A stretch of DNA of 34,390 nt from an uncultured Chloroflexia bacterium. GTDB lineage: Bacteria > Chloroflexota > Limnocylindria > Limnocylindrales > CSP1-4. The stretch spans positions 1-34,390 of the forward strand of contig CAVYBU010000024.1 of assembly GCA_963766735.1 (NCBI GenBank), read 5' to 3'. Position numbers and translations under genes: made by a program. Under the pieces are notes generated by a model. That model had not been told where the DNA came from. It saw only the letters and a list, made by a program, of their open reading frames with translations, and searched no databases. Shown one piece after another: positions 8,223 to 16,824 of this stretch. Numbering within the stretch: the first letter of the stretch is position 1; each line of letters starts with the position of its first letter.

Positions 8223-9512
8223 TCAGCGGTGGAGATTCTCGGCCGCGACGAAGCTCAGGCCGTGCTCGGTCAGTGACCGCGCGGTGTGGTTCGTGGCACC
8301 GACCTTGTCCATGAAATTGGACTGGAGCGCCTCCCAGTCTCCGCTGGCGATCACCTCGGCCTTGTCCCGGAAGTAGTCGAGGATGTCCGAGGGGTGGGGG
8401 TTCGCCGCGTCGACGTCCGGATCGCCGCCTTCGTGCTTGGCGGCGATGTTCGCCACGTGGTCGGCGAGCTCGACCAGCTCCGCGCGCCGGTCGTACGGCT
8501 GGCGCACGATGCTCTTGTAGGTCTCGGTGATGTGGTGCTCGAAACGGACAGCGTCCTGGAGCCCCAGCGCCCGGCGGATCTGTGCCGAGATCTCGAGCGT
8601 CCGGTTGTCGACCGAGTTGCCCCAGTTGAAGCCGACCAGCGGGGTCGTGCCGTCCTCGCGCGCGAACAACCTCGCGCCCATGAGCGTCCACAGCCCGGAG
8701 AACGGGTTGTCATTGCCCATGAACACGGAGATCTTGAACTCGATGTCCACCCCCAGCCTGTGGAGCAGGTAGCCGGCCAGGACGGTCCCGGGGTTGATGT
8801 TCAGGACCTGTTGCACGCCGTACGTCGTGTAGTAGTGGAGGAACTCGTCCACCCACATCAGCGGATGATCGTTGGGCTGCCCGATACCACCAAAGTAGCC
8901 GGTGATCGTCGCAGGGCCGTCGAGGTGGACGTTGGAGCCGTCGGTGCCCTTCGTGTCCAGGGTCTCGACGACGCTGGCGCCGATGATCTGCATCGCGGCC
9001 GCAACCGCCGGCAGGTCCCCGTCCGCCTCCTGCTCCGCCATCTTCCGGACGCGGATCCAGCGGCCGGGCATCAGCGACCGGTCGGCGATCGCGCGCCGGG
9101 CCGCCTCGATCACCCACGGGAAGTACTGGAGCGAGCTGACCTCGAGGGTCACGGCCAGATCGTCGCGGAAGGCCATCGAATCGGCCCGGTCGCCCACGAC
9201 GCCGCGGCGGAAGTCCGCGACGCTCACGAAGGCGTCCCGGTCGCGCTGCTCGGCAAGCCAGTCCAGATCGGCCAGGTAGGCCGGCTGGATCTCCCTGACC
9301 CGGTCCAGGAGCGCCGGCAGCTGGCCCGCCTCCAGCGCCCGGCGGTTGATCTCCTCGGGGGTGCCGTACCGGGCCACGATCTCGAGCAGGTCGTTGACGA
9401 TCCGGGCCTCCGGGTCGAGCAGGAACGCGTTGAGCTCGTCCAGCCGGTCGGCCGGGATCGCCAGCCGGGCCCGGAGGTCGGTCTCCGGATCCGTGCGGGA
9501 CACCGTGGTCAC
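8223..9512 (-). CDS. Uncharacterised enzyme-like protein (429 aa) downstream of panB
   Basis: Own GAGGAG RBS and GTG start at 9512. Globular composition with motif-like stretches [47 protein letters not shown]. The 751-aa ORF fusion with panB is a frameshift artefact. Confidence 0.85.
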   Translation of the reverse strand: MTTVSRTDPETDLRARLAIPADRLDELNAFLLDPEARIVNDLLEIVARYGTPEEINRRALEAGQLPALLDRVREIQPAYLADLDWLAEQRDRDAFVSVADFRRGVVGDRADSMAFRDDLAVTLEVSSLQYFPWVIEAARRAIADRSLMPGRWIRVRKMAEQEADGDLPAVAAAMQIIGASVVETLDTKGTDGSNVHLDGPATITGYFGGIGQPNDHPLMWVDEFLHYYTTYGVQQVLNINPGTVLAGYLLHRLGVDIEFKISVFMGNDNPFSGLWTLMGARLFAREDGTTPLVGFNWGNSVDNRTLEISAQIRRALGLQDAVRFEHHITETYKSIVRQPYDRRAELVELADHVANIAAKHEGGDPDVDAANPHPSDILDYFRDKAEVIASGDWEALQSNFMDKVGATNHTARSLTEHGLSFVAAENLHR

Positions 9513-9550
9513 AGTCGTCTCCTCTTGAGCACCGGGGCGGGTGGCGATCG

Positions 9551-10406
9551 TCAGTCGAGCAGCGCGAGCAGCTCGTCGTACTCGTCGTCCTTCATGCCGA
9601 ACCAGTTTGCCGGGGCCGGAAAGGTCCGCTCGGTCACCTCGCCGACGTAGGCCGCGAGACCCTCGCGGATGACGGCCCCCGCGTCTGCGAACACCTTGGC
9701 CATCCGCGGCGTGAACTTCGGGTAGAGCCCGAACGCGTCGTGGTAGATCAGCAGCTGGCCGTGGGCGTCCGGCCCGGAGCCCAGGCCCATGATGATGGCG
9801 CCCTGGGCCCGATCCTTGATCAGGCCGCACAGGCGATCGGGCACCAGCTCCAGCAGGACGCAGAACGCGCCGGCCTCCTCGAGGATCCGGGCGTCGTCGA
9901 CGATCTTCTTCGCCTTTGCGGCGCTCTTGCCCTGGAGCCGGAAGCCGCCGAGGGAGCTCGCGCTCTGGGGGGTGAGCCCCAGGTGGCCGATGACGGGGAT
10001 CCCCGCCCCTGCGATGCCGGCCACGCGGTCCGCCATCTCGGCACCGCCCTCCAGCTTCACCGCAGTCGCAGCCGGTCTCGGCCATGAACCGGCCGGCGTT
10101 GCGGATCGCTGTCTCCACGCTGGGCTGGTAGCTCATGTAGGGCATGTCGCCCACGACCCACGCGTTGGGCGCCCCGCGCCGCACCGCCGCCGTGTGGCGG
10201 ATCATGTCGTCCATGGTGACCGGCAACGTGCTGTCAAACCCGAGCATCGTCATGCCCAGGCTGTCGCCGACGAGGATCATGTCCACCCCGGCCTCGTCCT
10301 GCAGGTACGCGGTCGGGTAGTCGTAGCACGTCAGCCAGGTGATCGGGGTGCCGGCCGCCGCCTTGTCGATCAACGCCGGCAGGGTCATTCGCTTGCGCTC
10401 CGTCAC
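9551..10406 (-). CDS. panB: 3-methyl-2-oxobutanoate hydroxymethyltransferase (one apparent frameshift near 10062-10064)
   Basis: [23 protein letters not shown], then after +1 nt [25 protein letters not shown] start at 10406 with AGGAGG RBS. Confidence 0.93.
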
Positions 10407-10489
10407 CGTGGCCTCCTGTCCAGCAATCGTGTCGTCATGCTTCATCGTCCGCGCCCGGGGCCGGCGGAACAGGTCCATTGGGCCCGAAG

Positions 10490-10541
10490 GCCGCGGCGGG
10501 GACGCCCGGTCGCGTCGAAGCGGGTCTGTGTCCGCCGCGGC
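10490..10541. other. Intergenic hairpin between the DUF4405 gene and panB (terminator or leader RNA)
   Basis: gccgcggcgg (10490-10499) pairs with ccgccgcggc (10532-10541), with inner gcccg/cgggt pairing. Confidence 0.5.
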
Positions 10542-10557
10542 ATCGCGGCAGAGGTGA

Positions 10558-11199
10558 TCAGCGCCGGACGCGGCGGGGAGCGCTGCGCTGGCCGGTGACG
10601 AGCAGGCGCACGTCAGACACGAGGCCGGACCTGACGACCACCACGTGGGTGGCCGCGATCAGGATCACACCCATCGCGATGGCGGTGTGGATGTCCGCCC
10701 AGCCGTGCTTGGTCACGGCGAAGAGCAGGATCTGCTGGCCCGCACGCCGGCCGTCTGCCGCCAGCCAGTGAACGACTCCGCTGCCGAGGATGATGGGCAC
10801 GAGGATGGCCATCGCCATCACGACGACGGCGCGGACGTAGACGATCGCCCTCGGCCGCCGGGCCGCTCGCGAGGCGGCGCTCCGCTTGCCGGTGAGGATG
10901 AGACGCGTATAGGAGAGGACCCCGCGCCGCATCACGGTCACGTGGACGAGCGTCAGGACGACCGCCAGGACCGAGGCCACGACGTGGATGTCGTTCCAGG
11001 CGTGCCTGGTCAGGCCGAGGAGCGAGGGCAGCTGGTCGGCGCGCCATCCATCGACCGCCAGCCAGAGAACGATCCCGCTCAGGGCCGACACGGTCCAGTT
11101 GGCGATCATCGCCAGGGCGACGACGGATCGCACGTAGAAGATCGTCTTCGCCCGGGGGGCTGCGGACGTGGTGGTGGTGGAGAGCGGGATCGCGGTCAT
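10558..11199 (-). CDS. Membrane protein with two DUF4405-like repeats (cytochrome b-like His ligands)
   Basis: Duplicated unit SGIVLWL...WNDIH...LVHV and SGVVHWL...WADIH...ATHV. Confidence 0.8.
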   Translation of the reverse strand: MTAIPLSTTTTSAAPRAKTIFYVRSVVALAMIANWTVSALSGIVLWLAVDGWRADQLPSLLGLTRHAWNDIHVVASVLAVVLTLVHVTVMRRGVLSYTRLILTGKRSAASRAARRPRAIVYVRAVVVMAMAILVPIILGSGVVHWLAADGRRAGQQILLFAVTKHGWADIHTAIAMGVILIAATHVVVVRSGLVSDVRLLVTGQRSAPRRVRR

Positions 11200-11249
11200 G
11201 GTCGGAGCTCCGGTACGGGTCCTCGGGATCTGTGCGGGCGGTCGGCGGT

Positions 11250-12149
11250 TCAGCCGGCCCGACCCTGCCCGGTCGGCGAGCCGATGATCGACTGGAAGTC
11301 GCCCACGGAGATGTGGGTCGGCGTGTAGGTCACGCCCTGGCGACCCAGGTTCCTCACGAACGCACGGAGGTGGTTCTCGGAGCCGTGCTCCAGGTCTGCG
11401 TAGACCAGCGCGATGTCCGGGGTATCGGTCGCCCGCTCGCGCAGGTCGCTGATGTCGAGATCCTCGATCAGCGCCCCCACGGTGAGGGCATCCACGAGCG
11501 ACGTCTTCCCGCGCGCCACGAGGTCGTCGTACAGCGTCTGGAGGTCCGGGTTCGTGAACACCCCCGCCGGCTGACCGGCGGCCGGATCAGCGATCCCGTA
11601 GCGATCCAGGAGGGTCCTGACGGCCTCCATGTGGGTCGTCTCGGCACGGGAGATGTTCTCGAAGACCTGCCTGCCCCAGGTGTCTCCGAGCGTCACGTAC
11701 ACGTCGTGGGCCAGCTTCTCCTCCTCACGCATCCACACCAGGCCATCGACCTCCTCGGCGGTCAGCGTGGCGACCGGCAGGGCCGCGATGCGGAGCGAGA
11801 CGTCCCCGTTCTCGCCTGCACCCCGCTCAACGTCGCCCCCCGCGTAGCCCCCGCCGCCCCCGGCCCCGCCGCCGTAGCCGCCCCCGGTCCCGCCGACGCC
11901 AGCGCCGCTGCCGCCTGCAAGCCTGCCGCCACCGGTCTCGGCCCCGCGCCCGAAGCCGCCGCCGTCGCCGGCAACGCCGAGCCCGATCCCGGCCTCGTGG
12001 TCGGACCGGACCACGGCGGGGTCATTGCTCACCGCCCCGAGGGAGTAGGCCCCAACAGCCAGGACCGCACCGAGACCGGCGACGAGCGCAACGACCCGGC
12101 GTCGGCTGCCGTGGTTGACCGTGGGTTGAGTCGGCGTCTGAACAGACAT
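11250..12149 (-). CDS. DUF2202 ferritin-like protein with N-terminal membrane anchor and Gly-rich linker
   Basis: MREEEKLAHDVY, FENISRAETTHM, GALIEDLDI, GSENHLRAF; ATG at 12149 with AAAGGA RBS. Confidence 0.87.
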   Translation of the reverse strand: MSVQTPTQPTVNHGSRRRVVALVAGLGAVLAVGAYSLGAVSNDPAVVRSDHEAGIGLGVAGDGGGFGRGAETGGGRLAGGSGAGVGGTGGGYGGGAGGGGGYAGGDVERGAGENGDVSLRIAALPVATLTAEEVDGLVWMREEEKLAHDVYVTLGDTWGRQVFENISRAETTHMEAVRTLLDRYGIADPAAGQPAGVFTNPDLQTLYDDLVARGKTSLVDALTVGALIEDLDISDLRERATDTPDIALVYADLEHGSENHLRAFVRNLGRQGVTYTPTHISVGDFQSIIGSPTGQGRAG

Positions 12150-12348
12150 GGACGAGGATCCTTTCGAGTCGAGTCGCGGTCCGCTCACTGGCGAACCGAC
12201 CACGCCATGAGTTGACTCCATGCAGGTGGAGCGTCGGTGGACGCGCGATGGAGTCTTCGCGGAGCTATCGCCAGGTCGCTGCGCTCGAGCCCTCGCCACC
12301 GAGCGCGCCGAACCCGCGTCCAGGCTGGCCCTCGCCCGTATCGCTGGC

Positions 12349-12411
12349 GGAGACGCGCTGCGTGACGAATGGACACGCCCAAGCCCATGTATCCATTCGT
12401 CGCGTCGTCTC
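12349..12411. promoter_or_regulatory. Back-to-back inverted ECF-like promoter pair
   Basis: Minus strand gtgtccattcgtcacgcagcgCGTCTc; plus strand gtatccattcgtcgcgtCGTCTc. Perfect 10-bp inverted repeat at 12364-12373/12392-12401. Confidence 0.4.
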
Positions 12412-12415
12412 GTCC

Positions 12416-12600
12416 ATGGAGTAGAAGCGGGCGACCACCCGCCCCCAGGAGAACCCGGCAACACCGGCTCCAAGGGACGGCGCCGTCGCCGATGCGTTCG
12501 CAGACCAGCTGGTGACGGAACTGCCCCGCCTGGTCCGACTCGCCATCCGCCTGGTTCGCGACGCGGGCCGGGCGCAGGGATGTGCCCAGGAGACGTCGGT
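12416..12600 (+). pseudogene. ECF sigma factor remnant (region 2 fragment)
   Basis: ATG GAG TAG (nonsense at codon 3), then in frame DAFADQLVTELPRLVRLAIRLVRDAGRAQGCAQET, resembling ECF region 2.1-2.2; similarity then ends. Confidence 0.6.
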
Positions 12601-12647
12601 CGGCAGCGCGGCCGTGCTTCGGCGTCGGCAGGGTCCGGTGAAGACCC

Positions 12648-13115
12648 CTATCCGGATCGGGGCGACAGGATGACGACGGCGGTCTCCCGGGAGCGGCGCG
12701 CCGCGAAGGCGTCGAGGTCCTTGTCGTAGGCGGCCCACCTGGCCCACAGGCGGGGCCGCTCATCAGGGCTTGCCGCGCGTCCGTGGACGGCGCGGGACCC
12801 ACCGGGCAGGTCGACGGTGACGTCGGGCTGCGCCTGCAGGTTGAGCCACCACGCGGGCTCGGCATCGGCCCAGCCGTTCATGGCCATGGTGACCAGGTCG
12901 GGCCCGTCCTCGAAGTAGCCGAGGATGGCAACGCGCTCCTCGCCGGTGCGGCGCCCGACCGTGCGCAGGCGCATCATGCCCCAGCGGTCGGCCCTCGCGG
13001 TCCGGAGGCCGAACCGGCCGCCGGTGACCGAATATGCGGCCCGCTGCACCGCCCAGAACGTGCGCACGAACCAGCGCGGCGGCAGGGACGGTGACTTCTT
13101 CGACGGTTCCGACAT
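12648..13115 (-). CDS. F420H2-dependent (deazaflavin) nitroreductase-family oxidoreductase, Ddn/DUF385-like
   Basis: LRTVGRRTGEER, MAMNGWADAEPAWWLNLQAQP, RETAVVILSP. Confidence 0.9.
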   Translation of the reverse strand: MSEPSKKSPSLPPRWFVRTFWAVQRAAYSVTGGRFGLRTARADRWGMMRLRTVGRRTGEERVAILGYFEDGPDLVTMAMNGWADAEPAWWLNLQAQPDVTVDLPGGSRAVHGRAASPDERPRLWARWAAYDKDLDAFAARRSRETAVVILSPRSG

Positions 13116-13137
13116 GGTGTGCTCCAGTCCGGCGTGG

Positions 13138-13539
13138 CTACGCAGCCGTGGAGACCCACGTCCATGCGTACCAGGCGGTCAAGGCGTTGAAGACGATGCT
13201 CACGAGGATCAGGAAATTGTCGTACATGCCCACGTACGGCAGGCCAGCGAGATTGAAGAGAACGACGAGCACGGCCACGACGATGTTGACCCAGCCGATT
13301 GCGGGATACGGCAACGTCAGGGACAGGACGACCATGACGATCGGGACCAGCATGATCACCGCGATCCCCAGCCACATTCCCTGGCCCGCCTTGCGGCCCC
13401 CGATCTCCCCCGGCGTCACGTGGCCGGCCATCAGGCGCAGCACATCCCCGAGGAGGTAGGTCAGCATCACCGCGACCCACAACCCCGAGAGAATGATCCT
13501 CACATCCGCCATGGTTTCTGTTGCCTCGCTCTGCTTCAT
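13138..13539 (-). CDS. Small four-TM membrane protein (DUF6326-like)
   Basis: LSGLWVAVMLTYLLGDVL followed by three more hydrophobic helices; co-oriented in the operon. Confidence 0.75.
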   Translation of the reverse strand: MKQSEATETMADVRIILSGLWVAVMLTYLLGDVLRLMAGHVTPGEIGGRKAGQGMWLGIAVIMLVPIVMVVLSLTLPYPAIGWVNIVVAVLVVLFNLAGLPYVGMYDNFLILVSIVFNALTAWYAWTWVSTAA

Positions 13540-13557
13540 CGTGGTGGTGGCCGGGCC

Positions 13558-14535
13558 TCAGATCGTGACGACGACCTTCCCTCGTGCGTGCCCCGCCTCG
13601 ATGTGGCGGATGGCCGCCGCCGCCTCGGGCAGTGGATAGGTCGCGTCGATGACCGGCCGGAGCGTCCCCTCCTCGACCATTGACGTGAGGACCTCGAGAT
13701 CCTGCCGGTTCGGGACGGAGAAGGGCCGGCGCAGGCTGTGCTTCACGAAGGGGTTCAGCACGACCGGCCGGATCAGCCGGACCAGCAGCCGCAGGCCACT
13801 CGCGCCCGTGCCACTCATGAGGACGAGGGTGCCCTCGGGCGCCAGGACACGTCGAGTGTCCGCGAGGGAGTGGTTCTCCATGTTGTCGAGGATCACGTCG
13901 TAGCGTTCCGTGCCCCGGGTGAAGTCCTCCCGGGTGTAGTCGATGACGTGGTGCGCGCCAAGCGAGCGGACCAGCTCCACGTTGTTCGGGCCGCACACGC
14001 CGGTGACCTCGGCGCCGAGGTGCCGCGCGATCTGCACCGCGTAGGTGCCCACGCCGCCCGACGCGCCGTTGATGAGGACCTTCTGACCGGCCTGCAGCCG
14101 GCCCGCATCGCGGAGGCCCTGGAGCGCCGCGGACGCCGACGTCGGGATGGCCGCGGCCTGCTCGAAGCTCATGCCGGACGGCTTGAGGACGAGCGTGTCC
14201 TCGGCGGCCCGCGCGTACTCGGCGCAGGCGCCCGACGACGGCCAGCTGCAGATGCCGAAGACCTCGTCGCCGGGTGCGAACCGGGTCACGGCGCTGCCGG
14301 TCGCCTCGACCGTCCCGGCGATGTCGGACCCGGGCACGCCGAACTTGGGCCCGCGCAGGCCGCTCGTGAACCGGACCGGGAACGGCGAGCCCCGGACGCC
14401 GAACACGTCACCGATGTGGAGCCCCGCGGCGTGGACGCGCACGAGCACCTCCCGGTCGCCGATCCCGGGCTTGTCGATCTCCCGGCTGACGAGCACCTCC
14501 GGCCCGCCATACCGCTCCTGGACGATTGCCTGCAC
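13558..14535 (-). CDS. NAD(P)-dependent alcohol dehydrogenase / quinone oxidoreductase (MDR family)
   Basis: GPEVL, PGSDIAGTV, INGASGGVGTYAVQIA, HARGKVVV; GAGGAG RBS. Confidence 0.93.
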   Translation of the reverse strand: MQAIVQERYGGPEVLVSREIDKPGIGDREVLVRVHAAGLHIGDVFGVRGSPFPVRFTSGLRGPKFGVPGSDIAGTVEATGSAVTRFAPGDEVFGICSWPSSGACAEYARAAEDTLVLKPSGMSFEQAAAIPTSASAALQGLRDAGRLQAGQKVLINGASGGVGTYAVQIARHLGAEVTGVCGPNNVELVRSLGAHHVIDYTREDFTRGTERYDVILDNMENHSLADTRRVLAPEGTLVLMSGTGASGLRLLVRLIRPVVLNPFVKHSLRRPFSVPNRQDLEVLTSMVEEGTLRPVIDATYPLPEAAAAIRHIEAGHARGKVVVTI

Positions 14536-14565
14536 CGGTCTCTCCTCATGAACGTTGATAGCGTG

Positions 14566-14595
14566 AGCTTATGACATAAGCATATGTCATAAGCT
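14566..14595. promoter_or_regulatory. TetR operator: perfect 13-bp inverted repeat made of two CTTA-N5-TAAG-type sites in a divergent promoter
   Basis: agcttatgacata-agca-tatgtcataagct. Sites CTTATGACATAAG (14568-14580) and CATATGTCATAAG (14581-14593). Overlaps candidate TTGACG-18-TATGCT (minus) and TAGAAT (plus). Confidence 0.85.
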
Positions 14596-14629
14596 AGAAT
14601 GGCGTCAAGAGCAATCGAGGAGAACATCC

Positions 14630-15292
14630 ATGACGCCCCGTACGACCAGGAAGCGAGCGCCGCTCAGCCGGGACCGCGTGCTGCGCGCCGCGCTTGAGCT
14701 GGCCGACGAGGGCGGAATCGGGGCGCTGACGATGCACCAGATCGGTCGACGGCTGGGCGTGGAGGCGATGTCGCTCTACCGACACGTTCGCAACAAGGAC
14801 GACATCCTCGACGGGATCGTCGATCTCGTCTTTGCCGAGGTCGAGCTGCCAGCCGATCGCTCAAAGTGGCGAACGGTGCTCCGTGCCCGATCGACCTCGA
14901 CCCGCGCGGCCCTGCGGCGGCATCCCTGGGCGATCACGCTCATGGAGTCGCGCATGGCGCCCGGCCCGGCGAACCTCCGCAGTCACGAGGACACGCTCAC
15001 CGCCCTGCTCGACGCGGGGTTCTCCGCGACCACGGCAACGCACGCCTACAACCTCGTCGACAGCTACGTCCTGGGGTTCGCGCTCCAGGAGGTGAACCTG
15101 CCGTTCAGCAACGCCGAGGAGCTGGCAGCGGTGGGTGAGGAGCTGATCGCCCAGATGCCCGCCGACCAGTACCCGAGCACCGTGCGTGTCGCCGGGGAGC
15201 TGCTCGCGTCCGGCTTCGCCTACGGCGACGAGTTCGAGTTCGGTCTCGACCTCATCCTCGACGGCATCGAGCGGGCTCTGCGAGAAGCGTGA
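14630..15292 (+). CDS. TetR/AcrR regulator with TetR_C domain
   Basis: LSRDRVLRAALELADEGG...LGVEAMSLYRHVRNKDDILD...FEFGLDLILDG. Confidence 0.95.
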   Translation: MTPRTTRKRAPLSRDRVLRAALELADEGGIGALTMHQIGRRLGVEAMSLYRHVRNKDDILDGIVDLVFAEVELPADRSKWRTVLRARSTSTRAALRRHPWAITLMESRMAPGPANLRSHEDTLTALLDAGFSATTATHAYNLVDSYVLGFALQEVNLPFSNAEELAAVGEELIAQMPADQYPSTVRVAGELLASGFAYGDEFEFGLDLILDGIERALREA

Positions 15293-15360
15293 TCGCCGGG
15301 ATTCGACACAGGATCTGCCGGATTCAGCCGCCGGACATCGTGGCGGCGGTGCACGGCTCG

Positions 15361-15939
15361 TCAGACCTGCTGCGCCGCCAGCGGCCGGGTCGCGTCCGCG
15401 GAGGGGATCCTGACGCCTTCGCCTGATGGCGCACCGGTGACCTGCGCACCGGCTGCCTCCGGCTCGAGCCGCCGGACCCGGAGCGCCTGGTCGACATGGA
15501 GCACACGGAAGCCCTGCTGATCGCTGCTGGTGAACCGGGTAGCGACCGCCTCCATCGGGATGAGTGCCGGCTGGTCGACCTCGTAGGTGTGACCCTCGTG
15601 GACGATGGTGGCGGATCCGCTCGCCAGGACGTTCTGGAGCCAGTTCGTGCGTGACCCGTACATGATTGCGATCAGGAACCCGTCGTCGGTGGCCACCACC
15701 CCGACCGGCGTCTCGTACGACCGCCCGGAGGTCCGGCCGCGATGCCGGATCACGGATGCGTACGCTCCGGGAGTGCCCGCCGATCGCATCTGCTTCGGGT
15801 TGATGATCGCGCGCTGGAGCCGGATGAGGGGGCTGAGCACGAGGGGGGACTTCGCCCGCCACCCCAGCAGGAACAGGAGCGCGATCGCCGCGACTCCCAC
15901 GAACAGGGCTCCCACGAGGATCGCCACTTGCATGAACAT
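15361..15939 (-). CDS. Membrane-anchored deazaflavin-dependent nitroreductase-family protein
   Basis: N-terminal TM helix, HRGRTSGRSYETPV, YGSRTNWLQNVLASG; ATG at 15939 with GGGAGA RBS. Confidence 0.85.
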   Translation of the reverse strand: MFMQVAILVGALFVGVAAIALLFLLGWRAKSPLVLSPLIRLQRAIINPKQMRSAGTPGAYASVIRHRGRTSGRSYETPVGVVATDDGFLIAIMYGSRTNWLQNVLASGSATIVHEGHTYEVDQPALIPMEAVATRFTSSDQQGFRVLHVDQALRVRRLEPEAAGAQVTGAPSGEGVRIPSADATRPLAAQQV

Positions 15940-15967
15940 CGGTGTCTCCCTGGCTGGTGGTATCATC

Positions 15968-16019
15968 GACTACACTGTAAGCCTGCGGCTATCCTATGAC
16001 TACACTGTAAGCCTGTCAA
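15968..16019. promoter_or_regulatory. Two identical 18-bp TetR operator repeats with a sigma70 promoter
   Basis: gactacactgtaagcctg at 15968-15985 and 15998-16015 (core TACA-C-TGTA). Minus strand TTGACA(16019-16014)-17 nt-TAGGAT(15996-15991) brackets one copy; plus strand TGnTATCAT at 15958-15966. Confidence 0.85.
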
Positions 16020-16033
16020 GAGGTGAGATTCGG

Positions 16034-16717
16034 ATGACGAAACCGCCGACGCCGCCCGCTCGAACCGCGGCTCGCCGGAGACCGCTCAGCCGGGACCGCG
16101 TCCTGCGGGCTGCCATCGGCCTGGCGGACGAGGGCGGCCTCGAGTCCCTCTCGATGCGCAAGCTCGGCCAGGTGCTGCGGGTCGAGGCGATGTCGCTGTA
16201 CAAGCACGTGGCCAACAAGGACGACATCCTCGACGGCATCGCCGACCTCGTCGTGGGCGACTTCGAGGTGCCGTCCGGGGACGTGGACTGGAAGACGGCG
16301 GTTCGGCGGAGTGCGATCTCGGCCCACCAGACCCTTCTGCGCCACCCCTGGGCAAGCAGCCTGATCGAGTCGCGTCTCAACGCCGGTCCCGCGAGGATGC
16401 GCTACCTGGACGCCATGATCGGCGTCCTCTCGGCGGCGGGGTTCGCGCTGCCGCTGGTCATTCGCGCGATCATGGCGCTGGACAGCCACACCTACGGCTT
16501 CGTGCTCCAGGAGATGGCCTGGTCGTTCGACACCGAGAACGCTCCGGAGATGGCGGCGGCCTTTGCCCAAGGCCTTCCGGCAGGCGGCTACCCGAACCTC
16601 GCCGCGATGGCCGAGATGGCCGCCACGGCCCCGGGCGGCGCCCCGGTCGACTTCGAGTTCGGACTGGACCTGATCCTCGACGGCCTCGAGCGACTCCGGG
16701 AGACCGCCGGACACTAG
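16034..16717 (+). CDS. TetR/AcrR regulator with TetR_C domain (paralog of 14630-15292)
   Basis: LSRDRVLRAAIGLADEGG...VEAMSLYKHVANKDDILDG...FEFGLDLILDG; ATG at 16034. Confidence 0.95.
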   Translation: MTKPPTPPARTAARRRPLSRDRVLRAAIGLADEGGLESLSMRKLGQVLRVEAMSLYKHVANKDDILDGIADLVVGDFEVPSGDVDWKTAVRRSAISAHQTLLRHPWASSLIESRLNAGPARMRYLDAMIGVLSAAGFALPLVIRAIMALDSHTYGFVLQEMAWSFDTENAPEMAAAFAQGLPAGGYPNLAAMAEMAATAPGGAPVDFEFGLDLILDGLERLRETAGH

Positions 16718-16824
16718 CCAGGTCGGCGCGACACCCGATGATGGCCCATCGGAAGCCCACAATCGGTACGCTGTCCGGGCGTGCGCGTCCCGGTGTGCGC
16801 GCAGGTGACGGGAGACACTGATCT

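Noticed and set aside
10055-10070. Programmed ribosomal frameshifting in panB or other broken genes
   Set aside because: No slippery heptamer or stimulatory structure; scattered indels are better explained by sequencing error.
8223-10478. 751-aa ORF suggesting a PanB fusion protein
   Set aside because: One extra base near 10062-10064 moves panB out of frame. The PanB C-half is in ORF 9551-10060, and the downstream gene has its own RBS and GTG.
15293-15360. ggattcgac resembling a tmRNA 5' end or tRNA T-loop
   Set aside because: No acceptor stem or cloverleaf, and only about 68 nt between convergent genes; the gccgcc/ggcggc hairpin is more likely a terminator.
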